Shown: positions 27,100 to 38,763 of the stretch, one piece after another
Numbering within the stretch: position 1 is the first letter of the stretch
Layout: every line of letters begins with the position of its first letter
DNA from: Mobula hypostoma
Lineage: Eukaryota
Direction: 5' to 3'
NCBI RefSeq assembly: GCF_963921235.1
Contig: NC_086097.1
Span: 96,474,001 to 96,538,000 of the forward strand
DNA length: 64,000 nt
Made by a program: the position numbers and the translations under genes
Notes under the pieces: model-generated
What the model was told of the DNA's origin: nothing
The model's input: the letters and a program-made list of their open reading frames with translations, nothing else
Databases searched by the model: none

Positions 27100-27528
27100 A
27101 ACAGAAAAAAAAACTCAGTGGGTCAAACAGCATCTGCAGAAGCAAATGGATGGTTGATATTTTGGGTGATAGCCAATATAAAGAGCTGAGAAAGAAGGAT
27201 TATACAAGAACTGGTAGGTGATTGGTGGAACCAAGTTAAGTGGTGGATGATGGGCAAATGGAGTTAGGCGGGTGACAGGGCATGAAAAAGAGTCTGAAAG
27301 CTGATAAATGGAACTACTGAAGGGAGAGATTATGGGAAGATAGAACCAGATTGCAAAGCATACATATCTAGGTAACACAGAGAGAGAATAGAGAAAGCTG
27401 ACTTCCTTGCTCTAACTTCTCATCTTTATTTCCAGTCCTGATGTAGGGTCTCAACCCGAAAAGTCAACTGTTTACTCTTTTCCATAGATGTTGCCTGGCC
27501 TGCTGAGCTCCTCCAGCATTTTGTGTGA
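27100..27528. mobile_element. Penelope pLTR-derived remnant with inverted arrangement and decayed hammerhead
   Basis: aactcagtgggtcaaacagcatc at ~27112 opposes gatgttgcctggcctgctgagctcc at ~27488; CAGTCCTGATGT..GAAAAGTCAACTG at 27433-27470. Confidence 0.65.
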
Positions 27529-27579
27529 AAATTGGAAGTAACATTATTACACAAGTTGGCAATTGATTGCAGATCAGGT

Positions 27580-28390
27580 GACAGCAAAGAAAAAGGGGTC
27601 AGTTCTCAAATCCATTCACTTTGTTTTGAGAATGATATATCAAAATATTTTCCTCATGATGACAGACCAAAGGGATAGGAGAAGCAAAGAGATTTTGGTT
27701 TGCTGTTCAGAGGGACATGGTTGTCTTTGTATGTGAATCACTTAAAGTTAACATAGTGAAGCATACATTCAGGAAGGCAAACAATAATATGTCCTTTATT
27801 GCAAGAAGATTTCAATACAAAAGTAGAAATTTACTGCTCTAATAATATAGCGTTTTGACAAGAATGCATCTGGAATATTGTGTGCAATGCTGGTCTCCCT
27901 ACTCAAGGAAGGATATACTTGCCTTAGGGGAAGTGCAGAAAAGTTTCATCAGATTTATCTCAAGAGGTGGGTTTGTCACATGAAGGATTGATCAGACTGA
28001 AGCTAAATATTCAATTATAGAAGAATGAGAGGTAATCTCATTGAAACATATAACATTATCTCAAGGCTTAGCAGGGTAGATGGAGAGATGTTTGGCCTGA
28101 CTGGATTATTGAGAACCAATTGCAGCAATTGGCCATTCTAGGTAGATGAGAACTTCCTTCACCCACGGAGTGGAGAGCTTTGGAAGTTTCTACCTAAAAG
28201 TGCCATGGTACTCAGTTGCTGAGTATATTCAAGACTGAGACTGAAAGATCCTGTATTTTAAGGGAGTCAAGGTATATACGCTTAGAGCTGGAAAACGCAC
28301 TGAGATAGAATAAGAGGCAGTACCTTAATGATGGTGAAGCAAGCAAGAAAGATGAATAGCCTATGCCGCCTTTATTTCTTGCTCTTGTAT
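27580..28390 (+). mobile_element. Old CR1 3' fragment
   Basis: Decayed HLEYCVQ.WSP region and CR1-type 3' end. Confidence 0.65.
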
Positions 28391-28638
28391 GCGATGAACC
28401 CAAAAAAAAACCTGAAAGCTGGTGTACAAATACAAATGTAATAAAAAATAATAATTCAATGGGTAAAATATATTAGAGTTATATACTGTAAATGCACATT
28501 TGGAGTAGCCCATTCACTTTCAAAGATCCATTCTCAGGCCGGACAGAGAAAATTTCCATTCCAAGTATTAAACATCTGAATCTGAACTTCAATAGTCTCT
28601 GCTAGGAAATAAAACCATTAAGATTTAGGAGCAGAATT

Positions 28639-28832
28639 CAAAACAAGAGAAAATCTGCAGGTGCTGGAAATCCGAGCAACATACACAAAATGCTGGAGGA
28701 ACTCAACAGGCTAGGCAGCATCTATGGAAAAAAGTACATTTGACATTTCGGCCTGAAACAATGATTCTACTTCTTTCCATAGATGCTGCCTGGCCTGCCG
28801 AGTTCCTCTAGCATTTTGTGTGTTGCTTGGAA
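28639..28832. mobile_element. Palindromic Penelope pLTR-derived mini-element
   Basis: ~80 bp imperfect inverted arms (28671-28751 / 28752-28831), flanked by a CAGAATT duplication (28632-28638, 28833-28839). Confidence 0.8.
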
Positions 28833-28875
28833 CAGAATTAGGTCTTTCTTCCCATCGAGTCTACACCAATCTATC

Positions 28876-30784
28876 CTTCCTTCCTTCCTTGAGCCCTAAA
28901 GTCGTCGGGGCGCCATCATGACAAGCTTTGCACCAGTCTGTTCCATCTGTCGCAGATGTGTGCCAGAGCCTGCGTCACTGCAATGTCCATTCTTTCCTGT
29001 CCATTCTTTAATGTTGTCCATCCATCTTTTCCTCTGTCTACCTCTCCTTCTTTTCCCCTCCATAGTTCCTTGTAGAACGGTCTTTGCAAGGCCACTGGAT
29101 CTTGTTACGTGGCTATACCATCTCAGCTTTCTTTTCTTCACCATTGTGAGAAGGTCTTCATGAGGGCCAATGTGCTGCTGGATGGTCTTGCGGACCTGCT
29201 CATTTGTGATGTGGTCCAAGTATGAGATGCCCAAGGTGTTGCGATAGCATCTCATTTCCAATGCCTGTATCTTCCTCTGTAGCTCTGCTGTGAGGGTCTA
29301 TGTCTCACAAGCGTACAGGAAGATGGAGAATACCAATGCATGCAGGAGTCTGATCTTGTACTTCATGGTGATATTGCTGTCCCTCCATATTGTCTTGAGT
29401 TTGGATAGTGCCGTCATTTTCTGTGCAGTTCTTGCCAGGACTTCTGGTCTTGATCCTTCATCACTGATGATTACCCCCAGGTATCTGAACTGCTGCACTG
29501 TCTCAAGTTTCTGACCATGGACTAAGATGTCTGTTGTGATGCCACCGTTGGCATTTGCCATGAGCTTGGTTTTCTCGGCACTTATTTCCATTCCAAACTT
29601 TGTGGAGGCTCTGTCAAGATGGCTGACCAGGTTGGCCAGTTCGTCCTCTTTTCCTGCAAGTCCATCAATGTCGTCAGCAAATCTTAGGTTTGTGATGTTC
29701 CTCCCTCTGATGCTGACTGTGCCCACATGATCTTCAAGAGCAACACTCTTGATTCGTTCCAGGAAGATGTTGAAGAGAGTGGGGGAGAGGAGGCAGTCCT
29801 GATGGACTCCTACAGAGGTATGGAACCACTCTCCGATGGTGCCCTGAGCGAGTACTGCACTGGTTGCCTTGGCGTACATACAATCAGCTTCTGCCTCATG
29901 TTGAATTTCTTCATGGTGGCCCATAAGGCATCATGCCAGACTCCGTCAAACGCCTTCTTGAAGTCTATGAAGATGTGGTAGAACACTCTCTGGTGCTGAA
30001 GGTGTTTCTCACAAAGGGTGCGGAGGTTGAAAATCTGCTCAGTGGTGCTTCTGCCCTTATGGAAGCCTGCTTATTCCTCAGCAATTGTCTTCTGCCTGAG
30101 GACTCAGTCTGTTCAAGATAATTCTGAGCATTACCTTGCTTAGATAGCTTATCAAACTGATGGTACGGTAATTCTGGCAAAGTTGGAGATTGCCTTTCTT
30201 GGGAAGCACAGTGATCAGCAACTGAGTCCAAAGTGTGGGCCATTCATCTGTCTGCCAGATCTTATTGCAGATGGTGGTAAGCATGTCTATCGTGGCCTCT
30301 CTTCCATGCTTCAGCAGTTCAGTAGGGATGTTGTCAACTCCTGCTGACTTCCCGCACTTCAGTGATCGTATTGCAGCTTCAACTTCTTCATGCATGATTG
30401 GATAGTCTTCCTCATTGGAAAATTTCTGCACATTCAGTACGCTTGGATCCCCTTTGTTCTGGTAGTTGCACAGTTCCGAATAGTACTCTGTCCACCTTTC
30501 CATTATTTCCTTTCCTTCTGTGAGACTTTTGCCATTTTTGTCTTGGATGGTGTTAACTTTGGCTTGTTTTTCTTTGGTAAGATCTTTCACCAGTTGGAAT
30601 GCCTTCTTTGTGTTGTTGTTGGAGAGACTATCTCCAATGTCCGCACATTGTTCAGCTATCCATCTTTGCTTTGCTTCCTTCATTTCCCTCCTGATTTCCT
30701 TGTTGATTTTCCTGTATTCTGTTCTTCCCTCTGCTGTGTTTTTATCTTTCTTTAATTTCCTTCTTGTGTCACACATATCACACA
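28876..30784 (-). mobile_element. 5'-truncated RTE-clade LINE
   Basis: KSAGVDNIPTELLK, NYRTISLIS, CLLSPTLFN, NLRFADDI, LYACET, GKRRRGRQRKRW; (GGAA)n tail; TSD ACCA[A/T]TCTATC (28865-28875 / 30785-30795). Confidence 0.92.
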
Positions 30785-31084
30785 ACCATTCTATCATGGC
30801 TGATTTATTATCCCTCTCAACCCCACTCTCCTGACTTCAACCAGTAACTTCTGACGCCCTTACTAATCAAGAACTTTGCTTCAACAATTTCCAATCAACA
30901 ACTTCCACCATAAATATACCCCATAACCTGGCCTCCACAGCCATCTATGGCAATGAGTTACAGAGATTCACCACCCTCTGGCTTAAAAAAAAATCCTCAT
31001 CTCATATCTTTGTATTTTGAGGCTGTGCCTTCTGGTCCTAGCACAATTGGAAACATTCTCCCCGTGTCCTCTCTGTCCAGCAAA

Positions 31085-31742
31085 GACAGAATGGAGGAGA
31101 GGCAGATTCGAGGCCCGTCCACCTAAACCAAGAGCAAGGTTTAATCAATCTAAACGCAAGGCCAATTTGGAAAGGTTGGGAATGGGTCAAAAAGTGATGC
31201 TGGGGTCCAAGCCGAAAGCTTATCGATGTGACAGGGCCCGGGTCGTAGTGTGAGAAACAACCTGACGTTTGGACAATTTAAACGCTAGGCTATTTGGACT
31301 GAAAAGGCAGGGTGTCAGGACAAGAGACATGGGTCAGGCTGATTCTGCTTGCTGCTCTGTGATATTTACTCAGCTCTGTGCTGACCTGAAGCTGAGTCTG
31401 AGGCCTGCTCTGGGTTCCATGCCTGAAAGTTCTTCGATATTTACTCAGTTCTGCACTAACTGAGACAGAGGCTGTGATGTGCTCCAGGCTCTGTGACGCT
31501 TACTCGGCTCTGTCCTGAACTGAGGTATGCTCCAGGCTTTGTGTCTACAGACTCACTTTTTTTCTGAAAGCTACTTGCTTACTTTTATTGTTTCCCTGAT
31601 TTGTTTATTTTTCCTGGGTGCTTGCAGTCTGATTTTTTTAATGGGTTCCTTTGGGTTTCTTTGTCTTGTGGCTGCCTGCAAAGATATGAATCTCAAGGTT
31701 GTATAATGTATACATATTTAGATACTAAATGTACTTTGAACT
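31085..31742 (+). mobile_element. Non-autonomous element with Rex1/Babar-type 3' tail
   Basis: 3' end atgaatctcaaggttgtata...aaatgtactttgaact is nearly identical to the LINE tail at 5160-5222; body non-coding with short internal repeats. Confidence 0.6.
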
Positions 31743-32711
31743 AGAATTCTTAAGTCCCTTTGCACCTCTGATTTCTGAATTTACTTCCCCTTGAAAAGAA
31801 TATTCTATGCCTTTATTTGTTCTATCAAAGTGCTTGACCATAAACTTCCTTACACGCTATACCATCTGCCACTTCTTTGCCCAGTCTCCTAATCGGTCCA
31901 AGAACTTCTACAGAATCCCTGCTTCCTCAACACTACCTGCCCCTCCACCAATCTTTGCATCATTCACAAACTTGGTCACAAAGCCATCAATTCATATAAT
32001 GTGAAAAGGAACAGTCCCAACACTGACCCCTATGGTACATGACTGGCACTGTCACTAGCAGCCAACCAGAAAAGGTTCCCTTTATTCTCACTCTCTGCCT
32101 CCTGCCTGTCAGCCAATCTTCTGAACATGCTAGTATTTTTCCTGTAATACCTTGGGCTCTTATCTTGTTTAGCAGTCTCACATGCAGCACTTTGTCACCT
32201 TTAGAAAATCCAAGTAACTCTGCTTTACCTATCCTGCCTGTTATTTCCTCAAAGAATTCCAACAGATTTGGCAGCCAAGACTTCCCCTTAAGGAAACCAA
32301 ACTGATTTTGCCCTACTTAGCATGCGCTTCCAAGTACGCTGAATAATGAACTTAATAATGAACTCTAATATCTTTCCAACCACTGGAGTCAGGCTAACTG
32401 GCTTATATCTTTTGTTTCCCTCCCTCCCTTACTAAAGAGTGGAGGGACATTTGCAATTTTCCAGTTCTCTGAAAACATTCCAGAATCTAGTAGTTCTTGA
32501 AAGATCTTTAATATTGGCTCCACAATTTCTTTAGATACCCATTTCAAAAACATGGGGTGTAGTCCATCTGGTCCGGGTGACTTATGTACCTTCAGACTTT
32601 TCAGCTTCCCAAGCACTTTCTCCATACAATCATTCATTCACTTAAATAAATAAATCACAGGCATTCTCTCAAGCAAATCACAAAGCCTTGAATCTTGCAA
32701 AATTTCTTTCA

Positions 32712-33035
32712 CAGAAACATAGAAATCCTACAGCACAATACAGGCCCTTCGGCCCACAAAGTTATGCCAAACATGTCCCTACCTTAGAAGTTACTAGGGT
32801 TACCCATAGCCCTCTATTTTTCTAAACTCCATGTACCTATCCAAAAGTCTCTTAAAAGACCCTATCGTATCCGCCTCCACCACCGTTGCTGGCAGCCCAT
32901 TCCAGGCACTCACCACTTTCTACGTAAAAAACTTACCCCTGACATCTCCTCTGTACCTACTCCAAAGCACCTTAAACCTGTGCCCTCTTGTAGCAGCCAT
33001 TTCAGCCCTGGCAAAAAGCCTCTGACTGACCACAC
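32712..33035 (-). mobile_element. CR1 3' fragment (same subfamily as 24612-25640)
   Basis: Near-identical reverse complement of 25330-25635. Confidence 0.85.
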
Positions 33036-34245
33036 GAGTGGTCGCCAATCTTTTTAAGCCCAAGATCCCCTACCTTGGCCTTAGTGAAAGGCAAGATCGA
33101 CCTACTAAATCGTTTAGAGAAAAAACAGCTCAGGTTGTACTTCGAACTTGAGGCCTTTTATTTGGGCTAATTGTATTTGAATTACATAAAATGCTTTTAT
33201 CAAACTTTCAAATTAATTCAGCCAAGAAAACACTGTAACTAGCATATCAAACAGGCCATAGCTGTCTTTAAGAATATTACAATACTTCACATCTTTAATT
33301 CTAAGTTTCACTATTTAATTTTATTTCAACACGAAAAATAAATGAATAAAAATTGACTGTTGCACTCAGTGTGATGACTGGGGCTGAATACTTTCTGCTA
33401 GTTCCCTGAAATTTGGCTCATAACTACAGATAGCCAGTGTGAGACAGTCTGTGAGGTGTCTGTCAGTAAGACAACTCCTGTACTTAGATTTAATAATTTT
33501 CATCTGTGAAAATGCAATTTCACACAGGTAAGTTGACCTGAAGTAGGCACTAACTTTTAGTGCAAATGTGGTGAGATGAGGAAACTTCTCCCTGCTGACA
33601 AGCCCCCAAAAGTCGCCGTCCCTTGATCTTGCTTTAAGCGCGATTCATTTTGCAAATCAATTATTTCCATTTCAATATCACTTGGCACACCAAATACTTG
33701 CTGGAATTCGGCTGCTATCTGTTTGATATTGATCGGCAGAAATGGGTTTGAAATAAATGCAGCAATATCTTTCATGACGTTTAACTCCCCAAAACGCCGA
33801 TCCAACTCTATTACCAGTTTGTCTAGGTAAGCACAGTACTGCTCAGGGTGAAAAGCATTTTTTTCCTTGATGGCTTGTAACATTTTCTCCAATTTGGGAA
33901 AGTGTGTCAGCCTCCCGTTCTTTAAATTTGAAATCCAAATACCGAGCTTGGCCTTAAACGCATTTACTGCACTTATCATGTGGCGCAGGTGTCGGTCTTT
34001 TCCCATGAGCTTGTTGTTAAGTGCGTTTAATTTAGTCGTTAGGTCTGTCAGAAACCCTAAATCCAGTAGCCATGCATCATCTAACAGTTCCTCGTGCTCC
34101 TCATTTCTTGTCGACAGAAAAGTCTTTATCTCAGGCAGCAAGTCAACAAATTGTTGCAGCACTTTGCCGCGACTTAGCCACCGAACATCAGCATGAAGAA
34201 GTATGTCTCTGTAAGCGGCATCGAGCTCATCCAGTAACACCTTGT
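33036..34245 (-). mobile_element. hAT transposon (Charlie/GTF2IRD2-like), 3' half
   Basis: HADVRWLSRGKVL motif in ORF 33557-34240; dimerization-domain remnant STYLCEIAFSQMKIIKSKYRSCLTD; end agtggtcgccaatctttt resembles a hAT TIR. Confidence 0.85.
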
Positions 34246-34808
34246 AAAATGTAGTTTGTCTTTTTTATGTATACCTTTTAACTATTTCTATGAAACTTCA
34301 GCTAATTGGAGCCAGGATGCACTGCTCCCGATGTGTCTCAATTAACGAGAATCCACTGCACTAGCCATTAGGTTGTTGAATTAGTAAGGGCATCAAAGGT
34401 TACAGAGAAAAGGCAGAAGAATAGGGTTGGTAGGAAAAATAAATCAGCCATGATCAGATGGTGATGCAGACACGATGGGCTTAATAGCCCATCTAATCCT
34501 CTGCTCCTATGCCTTGAGGTCTTTTTCTTTATATACTCTATCCCAATCTGAAATCTCAATCATCCCCTTGTCTCTATAGATGCTGCTTGATCTGTGTTCT
34601 TCCAGCAGCTTGATCTAGATTCCAATATCTGCAGTCTCCTGTGTCTCTAACCTCTTTGTAATGTACTTCTCAGTTCTATTCATCTCACAGCATGTAGATG
34701 AGCGAAAGTACACAGAAGCACAAATAATAATACTGAAGGTCATTTATACTAAGGTAAGTTACTTTTTTGAAGAATAATTTGTTCTACATGAGAAGAAAAG
34801 ACAATTTC

Positions 34809-35113
34809 TTTTTTTTTGGCATGTGCCTGCGTGCGTGCGAGTCTGTGTGCGTGTGCGTGCATCCATGATTATGTCTTTTTCATGGCTTTTTACAAGGTGC
34901 AGAGCGAGAGAGAGACTGTGTGGCGCGCCACTCCTCACACGGACATTTTCTCAGTATTTTTCCCTTTTATCTTACGAGGTCGAGTTGTGATCTCGACACT
35001 CAACCCGGCACGGATGGAAAGCGTACTCGGGAATGGACCCAACTGGTTTCGAACTCGGGAACCTCTGCTCCCGGGTCCGGCGCCAATGTCATTGCACCAC
35101 CAGCCGGCCTGGT
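34809..35113 (-). mobile_element. tRNA-derived SINE with 16-bp TSD
   Basis: Head GGCCGGCTGGTGGTGCAATG (A box)...GAGTTCGAAACC (B box); poly-A tail; TSD AAGAAAAGACAATTTC (34793-34808 / 35114-35129). Confidence 0.88.
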
Positions 35114-35451
35114 AAGAAAAGACAATTTCACAGGCGCAATCAACAGCTTCTTGGATTTGACAACCAAAGCTTACTCTTCCCCCTTCACTGGACCCAAGAA
35201 GCACTCCACATGATGACAAAATGAATCATAAGTTTAAAACAACATTTTATTCCCATCACAAGTGGCATCACAAGGAATAGGAATAGGAATAAAACTGACA
35301 AACTGGAACAAATACAAATGGAAAAATGGTTCTCTTAATTAAGTTTGTCTCACTTTTGTTTCACTACTTAAACAAAACATTGCATATAGTGTAAATTGAG
35401 TAGAATTACAGCTTTGCCATTACCCATCTCTGAAGATGCACTGACCATGTT

Positions 35452-36600
35452 TCAGAATCAGATTTATTATCACGGATATATTTCAAGAAATTTGTTTTGT
35501 AGCAGCAGTACAGTATAAGACAGAAATTACTGTAAGTTACAATAAAAATAAATACTGCAGTGAAAAAGAGGAATAGCAACGTAGTGTAAATGGATTCATG
35601 GACATTTCAGAAATCTGATGGCAGAGGGGAAGGAGCTGCTACTAAAAAACTTTGAGTGTGGGTCTTCAGGTTCTTGTACCTCCTCCCCGATGGTAGTAAT
35701 GAGAAGAATGCATGTCTTGGTGGTGAGCGTCCTTAATGATTGATGCCACCTTCTTGAGGCATCGCCTTTCAATGATATCCTCAATGGTGAGGAGGGTTGT
35801 GCCCATGATGGAAGTGGCTGAGTCTAAAACTCTTCGCAGGCTTTTTCATTTCTGCACATTGAAGCCTTCATAGCAGGTGGTGATGCACCCATTCAGAATG
35901 CACCTGTAAAAATTTGCTAGTATTTAGTAACATACCAAACTTGCAATTATATATAGCCACTGCCGTGCCTTCTTCTTGATTACATCAATATATTGGGTCC
36001 AGTATGGATCCTCCGAGCTGTTGGTGCCCAGGAACTTGAAGCTGCTCACTCTTTCCACCACTGACCCCTCAATGAGGATAGGTGTGTGCTCTCCTACCTA
36101 CTCCACAATTAATTAATAGTTCACAATTAATTCCTTGTTCCTTAAGAGTACAAGGTTGTTGTGACACCACTCAACCAGCTGATCTATCTTGCTCTTGTAT
36201 GCCTCATCACCAGCTAAAATTCTGCTAACAACAGTGGTTACATTGCTAAATTTATTTGAGCTGTGTCTGGCCACGCAGTAATGGCTGTAGAGAGTAGAGC
36301 AGTGGGCTAAGAAGGCATCTTTTAAGTGTACCTGTGTTGACTGTCAGCAAGATGATGTTATTACCAATCAACACTAACTAGAATCCAGCTGTAATGGCAG
36401 CTACAGAAGCCCAGGTTTTGAAGCTTGTTGATTAGTACTGAGGGGTTAATGGTATTAATTGACAAACAGCAGCCTAACGTAGGTATTGTTGCTGTCTAAC
36501 TGGTCCAAGGCTGAGTGGAGGACCAGAAGATCATGTTCCCTGTTGACCTGCTGTGGCTGTAGGCAAGTTGCAATGGGTCCAGGTCCTTGCTCAGGCATGT
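35452..36600 (-). mobile_element. Degenerate Rex1/Babar 3' fragment
   Basis: AATAAA(TCTGAT)n tail at ~35452-35470; SSFPSAIRFL C-terminus; decayed RT. Confidence 0.7.
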
Positions 36601-36786
36601 TTTGACCAAATTTGTCCATGAGCTTCTCGCATGCTCAGATAATGATCTTCCTAAGTTCCCCAGGCTCAATTTGTCCTGATAACAAGATATAGCTCAGATA
36701 CTATGTTTGTTTAAAGTCAGCTGAATTACCCAAGGCAGCTTCATAATGTCCCTTAAACAAGATGCAGTATCAGCCAAATAACTTAC

Positions 36787-36889
36787 CTAGATCTAAATAG
36801 GATATCTTCTCACTTTCATTTATGGACATCTCTTCCATGTCAAAGTAGGCTCGAGCCAGTCGCCAACAGAAATTTGGCTTCATATTGTA
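36787..36889 (-). CDS. RMDN2: RMDN-family coding exon (TPR-like region)
   Basis: atttacAG|TAC...CTA G|GTAAGT; 103 nt, YNMKPNFCWRLARAYFDMEEMSINESEKISYLDL(G). Contains the family signature WRLARAYxDM; phase matches both neighbouring exons. Confidence 0.9.
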
Positions 36890-37137
36890 CTGTAAATATA
36901 AAAAAGTATATTTAATTTTTTTCAATAACAGATTTGAAATCAAATTTAGCTGCTAGAGAATAGAACTAATTCTTTTGCTCTAAAGAATGTTATTGACCAA
37001 TCATAATGATCTTGTACTGTATTGACAGATTTTTAGATCCAGACCACCATTCAGTGGGTTTCAGTTGTTAACTAAGTCAGAGAAAAGCAGGAGCTTAATT
37101 AAAGACAGCCAACAGTCTAACCACCTTGCAAGAAATG

Positions 37138-37690
37138 ACACTTTATTAGGTACACCTGTCTGGTAATGCAAATATTTAATCAGCCAATCGTGTAGCAGCA
37201 ACTCAATGCATAAAAGCATGCAGACATGGTCAAGAAGTTCAGTTGTTGTTGAGAGCATACATCAGAATGGGGAAGAAATGTGATCTAAGTGACTTTGAGT
37301 GTGGAATGATTGTTGGTGCCAGAGGTGGTTTCTTGGAAACTGGTGATCTCCTGGGGTTTTCACACACAATAGTCTCTATAGAGTTTACAGAGAATGGTGC
37401 GAGAAACAAAAAACATATAGTGAGTTCCCGTTCTGTCAGCAAAAGAATTTTGTTAATGAGAGTGGTCAGAGGAGAATGGCCAGACTGGCTTAAGGTGGAC
37501 AGGAAAGCAACAGAAATCAAATAACCACACTATACAACAGTGGCACGCAGAAGAACATCTCTGAACACACAACATATCTAACTTGAAGTGGATGGGCGAC
37601 AGAGGCAGAAGAGCACACACATACAGAAGTACACTCAGTGGCTATTTTATTCAATACCTTCTCTACCTAATGAAGTGGCCACTGAGTGTA
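37138..37690 (+). mobile_element. Internally deleted Tc1-like element
   Basis: MGKKCDLSDFECGMIVGARGG (Tc1 HTH start); TIR-like cactttattaggtac ... acctaatgaagtggccactgagtgTA. Confidence 0.8.
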
Positions 37691-38547
37691 AATTACCATT
37701 TCCCATTAATTTATATTCCTTGGGGTACTGAAGTTTAGCTTACATTTATCAAAATAAACTACAGTTAACACAAATATGAATTAACAAGTTCAAGTTTAAG
37801 TTTACTACCATTCAATCATACACATGTATACAGCTAAATGAAACATCGCCCCTCTGGGGTCAAGGTGCAAAACACAGAGCACAAATTGCTATGATCCAGC
37901 ACATACAGTTACCAGATAATTTGAGCACAACTCCTTGTGTGGCATAGCCTGAAGATTGACAAGATGACACAAGAATGCACCTTGCACTTTATGTAATGCA
38001 ACTGCCACTATATAATAAAACAAGCAATCATACAAATATGTGAAACAGCAGCAATAAAAGATGAGAAATGCCCAGTGCAGGATAAGAGTATGTTAGTGAG
38101 TTGGGGAGTAAAAGGTGGCAGGACATTCAGACAGGGGTATACATGTGTATTGGATGGTAGCAGAGTGTTAAGAAGTCTGCTTAAAGATGGGCTACAGCAG
38201 CAGAAAACCAGGACGGGTTCGACTCTTGAACCTAATAAAGTGGCTATTGAGTGTATGTGCTGAATGGGGGGTGGAGGGGAGAAAACCTAACTATGTTTTC
38301 AGTAGTACTTATTATCTGCTGCAAGGTCTTGTGATCTGATACATTACAATTTCCATACCAGACGGTGATTTAGCTGGTCAGGGTACTCTCCATTGTGCTC
38401 TGATCAGATGTTGTGAGAATTGGGGGGGGAGGGGGAGGGGGCAAAGAGCCTTGCTTGCCTCAGTCTCCTCAGGAGAGTGGGGGCACTACTGTGCTCTTTT
38501 GGCAAAAGAGGTGGAGTTAGGGATCAGGCGAGATCGACAGTAATATG

Positions 38548-38763
38548 AAGGAAGTCCTCAACTCCGAGTGAAGTCATCGGGACACTGTCATGACGACGTT
38601 TTTTTTTAAAAGCAGGCTTTCCTATTTTTATGAGGCCGAGTTGCTAGCTCAATGCTCAACCCAGCATGGATAGAAAGCGTGCAAGAGAGCCGGCTGGATT
38701 CAAACTCGGGAGCTTTCACTCCAAAATCCGGCGCTGATGCCACTACGCCACTAGATGGCCTTT
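38548..38763 (-). mobile_element. tRNA-derived SINE with 12-bp TSD, inserted in a Rex1/Babar remnant (~38290-39030)
   Basis: Head TGGCGTAGTGG (A box)...GAGTTTGAATCC (B box); TSD GACAGTAATATG (38536-38547 / 38764-38775). Confidence 0.85.

Larger units (their letters stand above)
28612..32625 (-). mobile_element. Fragmented CR1 LINE hosting the Penelope mini-element, the RTE and a further insertion at ~31085-31742
   Basis: CR1 3' end at 28612-28875 resumes at 30785; RT fragments EFFEEITGRI and KSPGPDGLHP at 31990-32625. Confidence 0.75.

Noticed and set aside
35035..35110. tRNA gene
   Set aside because: A/B boxes belong to a SINE head with TSD and poly-A tail; no complete cloverleaf.
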